This document shows, piece after piece, positions 30,393-32,000 of a stretch of DNA of 32,000 nucleotides. A program made the position numbers and the translations under genes. The notes below the pieces were generated by a model that was given only the letters and a program-made list of their open reading frames with translations, made no database searches and was not told the origin of the DNA. Origin of the DNA: Candidatus Arthromitus sp. SFB-mouse-Japan (GTDB taxonomy: Bacteria > Bacillota > Clostridia > Clostridiales > Clostridiaceae); the NCBI RefSeq assembly GCF_000270205.1, contig NC_015913.1:780001-812000 (forward strand), read 5' to 3'. Position 1 is the stretch's first letter. Every line of letters begins with the position of its first letter.

Positions 30393-32000
30393 TTATAATC
30401 TTTTACTATTTTCAACTAGTTCATTTAATTTAGTAAGTGCATCCATTGGAGTTATATTTAAGATATCTATGGATTTAATTTTTTTAATGAATTCTTGTGT
30501 TTCATCAATTTCTTCAACAATTATTTCTTCTTGTAAGTTTTGGCATTCTATGATGTCTTTACATTCTATTTGTTTTTCTAGAGTTTTAAGTACGTTCTTA
30601 GCTACATCTATAATAGATTGATTTATTCCTGCAAGTTTTGCAACTTCAATTCCATATGAATCGTCAACAGCTCCTTTTGATACTTTTCTTGAAAATATTA
30701 GATTATCACCAATTTTTTTTGCAGATACACTATAATTTTTTACATTAGGTATAACTTCTTCAATTTGTGTAAGCTCATGATAATGAGTTGCAAATAATGT
30801 TTTCGGTCTAACCTTGCTAATAGATGTTAAATATTCTATTATCGCATAAGCAATACTTAAACCATCATATGTACTTGTACCTCTTCCAACTTCATCAAGT
30901 ATTATCAAACTATTCTGTGTGAAGTTGTCCATTATGTGAGCAACTTCCTTCATTTCAACCATAAACGTACTCCTTCCAGTAGATAGATCGTCTGATGCTC
31001 CTATTCTTGTAAAAATTTTATCGCATATGGATATTTGGGCATTTTTTGCAGGGACAAAACTCCCTATTTGAGTCATAATTACAATTAAAGCAATTTGCCT
31101 CATGAATGTTGATTTACCTGCCATGTTTGGACCGGTGATAATATGTAATTGTTCTTCAAAATTATTGAGATACACATCATTAGGAACGTAGTTAAATTTA
31201 TTTAAGAGTTTTTCAACAACTGGATGACGTGCATCAGTTATATCAATTACTCCGTCTTCGGTTATCTTAGGTTTAGTATATTTATTTTCTATCGCAACTA
31301 CTGCGAGTGAAAATAAACAATCGATCGTTGCAAGATATCTTGATACATCTTTCATTCTGATAACATTCTTCTCTATTTTATCTCTGACATCCACAAATAC
31401 TTTATATTCCAACTCATTCAATTTTTCTTCAGCAGATATAATCTTTTCTTCAAGATTTTTAAGTTCCTCTGTTATATATCTTTCAGAGTTAGATAAGGTT
31501 TGTTTTCTTATATAACGATCTTTTGGAACCGAATCATAATTAGATTTGCTTACTTCTATGTAATATCCAAAAACTCTGTTATATCCTATTTTCAATGATC
31601 TTATGCCAGTCTTTTCTTTTTCGCTGTTTTCAATATTTAAAAGACATTCCTTAGAATTAAACTTTATGTTTTTAAGTTCATCGATTTCTAGGTTATAGTT
31701 TTCTTTTATAATTGAACCATCTTTTATAGTTATACTTGCATTATCTGATATTGACTCTTCTATAAGATCATAGATATCATCAAGAACATCAAAATGGTTA
31801 TAAATATCTCTAAATAATGATGAATTAAATTGTATTAAAACTCTTTTGATATCTGGAAGAAGTTTAAGACATTTTTTTAATGCGAGCAACTCTTTTGGAT
31901 TAACCGTTAATGAGGAAATTTTAGATATTATTCTATCTATATCTGTTATTTCACACAATAATCTTTTTAAATTTGCATGGAGTTCGTATTTTTCAATTAA
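30393..32000 (-). CDS. mutS: DNA mismatch repair protein MutS (5' partial; N-terminal part beyond window end)
   Basis: The frame is open to base 32000 (LIEKYELHANLKRLLCEITDIDRI...), so the ORF-track TTG at 31958 is internal. ATPase domain: GPNMAGKSTFMRQ, STFMVEM, ILDEVGRGTSTYDG, FATHYHEL. Confidence 0.95.
   Translation of the reverse strand, partial: LIEKYELHANLKRLLCEITDIDRIISKISSLTVNPKELLALKKCLKLLPDIKRVLIQFNSSLFRDIYNHFDVLDDIYDLIEESISDNASITIKDGSIIKENYNLEIDELKNIKFNSKECLLNIENSEKEKTGIRSLKIGYNRVFGYYIEVSKSNYDSVPKDRYIRKQTLSNSERYITEELKNLEEKIISAEEKLNELEYKVFVDVRDKIEKNVIRMKDVSRYLATIDCLFSLAVVAIENKYTKPKITEDGVIDITDARHPVVEKLLNKFNYVPNDVYLNNFEEQLHIITGPNMAGKSTFMRQIALIVIMTQIGSFVPAKNAQISICDKIFTRIGASDDLSTGRSTFMVEMKEVAHIMDNFTQNSLIILDEVGRGTSTYDGLSIAYAIIEYLTSISKVRPKTLFATHYHELTQIEEVIPNVKNYSVSAKKIGDNLIFSRKVSKGAVDDSYGIEVAKLAGINQSIIDVAKNVLKTLEKQIECKDIIECQNLQEEIIVEEIDETQEFIKKIKSIDILNITPMDALTKLNELVENSKRL

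Noticed and set aside
30364-30621. 85-aa plus-strand ORF overlapping the mutS 3' end and the mutS-mutL spacer.
   Set aside because: It is antisense to the MutS C-terminus, low-complexity S/I/F-rich, and has no RBS or motif.
1-32000. A novel or previously undescribed multi-gene system (defence island, toxin-antitoxin module, mobile element, CRISPR array, biosynthetic cluster).
   Set aside because: Every ORF of substantial length has a confident housekeeping assignment from clear motifs, and gene order matches the conserved Firmicute polC-to-mutSL neighbourhood. No unexplained ORF over 60 aa lies in an intergenic region. I saw no repeat arrays, tRNA/rRNA genes, IS termini or transposases. The only accessory-like spot is the GNAT pseudogene plus recombinase.

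Overview
This window reads as a conserved, syntenic core-genome segment of a very AT-rich Firmicute, with Clostridia/Tissierellia-type gene order. I cannot place it more precisely from sequence alone. From 1 to 26280 the genes are on the + strand: polC (5' end lies off-window), then rimP-nusA-rnpM(ylxR)-infB-rbfA-nrnA-truB-ribF, then rpsO, pnp, a YlmC/YmxH protein, aspartokinase and tepA. These are followed by a tightly packed ftsK-rimO-pgsA-recA block, then rny, spoVS, ptsH, a decayed GNAT acetyltransferase gene and a Xer-family tyrosine recombinase. From 26300 to 32000 the polarity flips to the - strand: mutS (5' end off-window), mutL, miaA and a YnbB-like PLP enzyme. The two blocks converge on a shared bidirectional terminator. 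I found no rRNA, tRNA, CRISPR array, IS element, prophage, toxin-antitoxin module or defence-type gene cluster. I do not see support for a novel multi-gene system here. The points worth a second look are modest: (1) a GNAT pseudogene with two in-frame stops and one frameshift, the only decayed gene in the window, sitting next to an orphan tyrosine recombinase at the polarity switch; (2) a near-consensus extended -10 promoter followed by an intrinsic-terminator-like hairpin in the rimP-nusA-infB leader, a candidate NusA autoregulatory attenuator; (3) several lineage-specific losses relative to the Bacillus/Clostridium arrangement (ylxQ, hfq, spoVF/asd/dapA/rnjB, cinA) and a recA with no room for its own SOS-box promoter. 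Several ORF-track starts are probably wrong. polC and mutS run off the window, and tepA, rny and ftsK more likely start at internal ATGs that have better ribosome-binding sites. All functional calls rest on motifs I recognised in the supplied translations. No database search was run.
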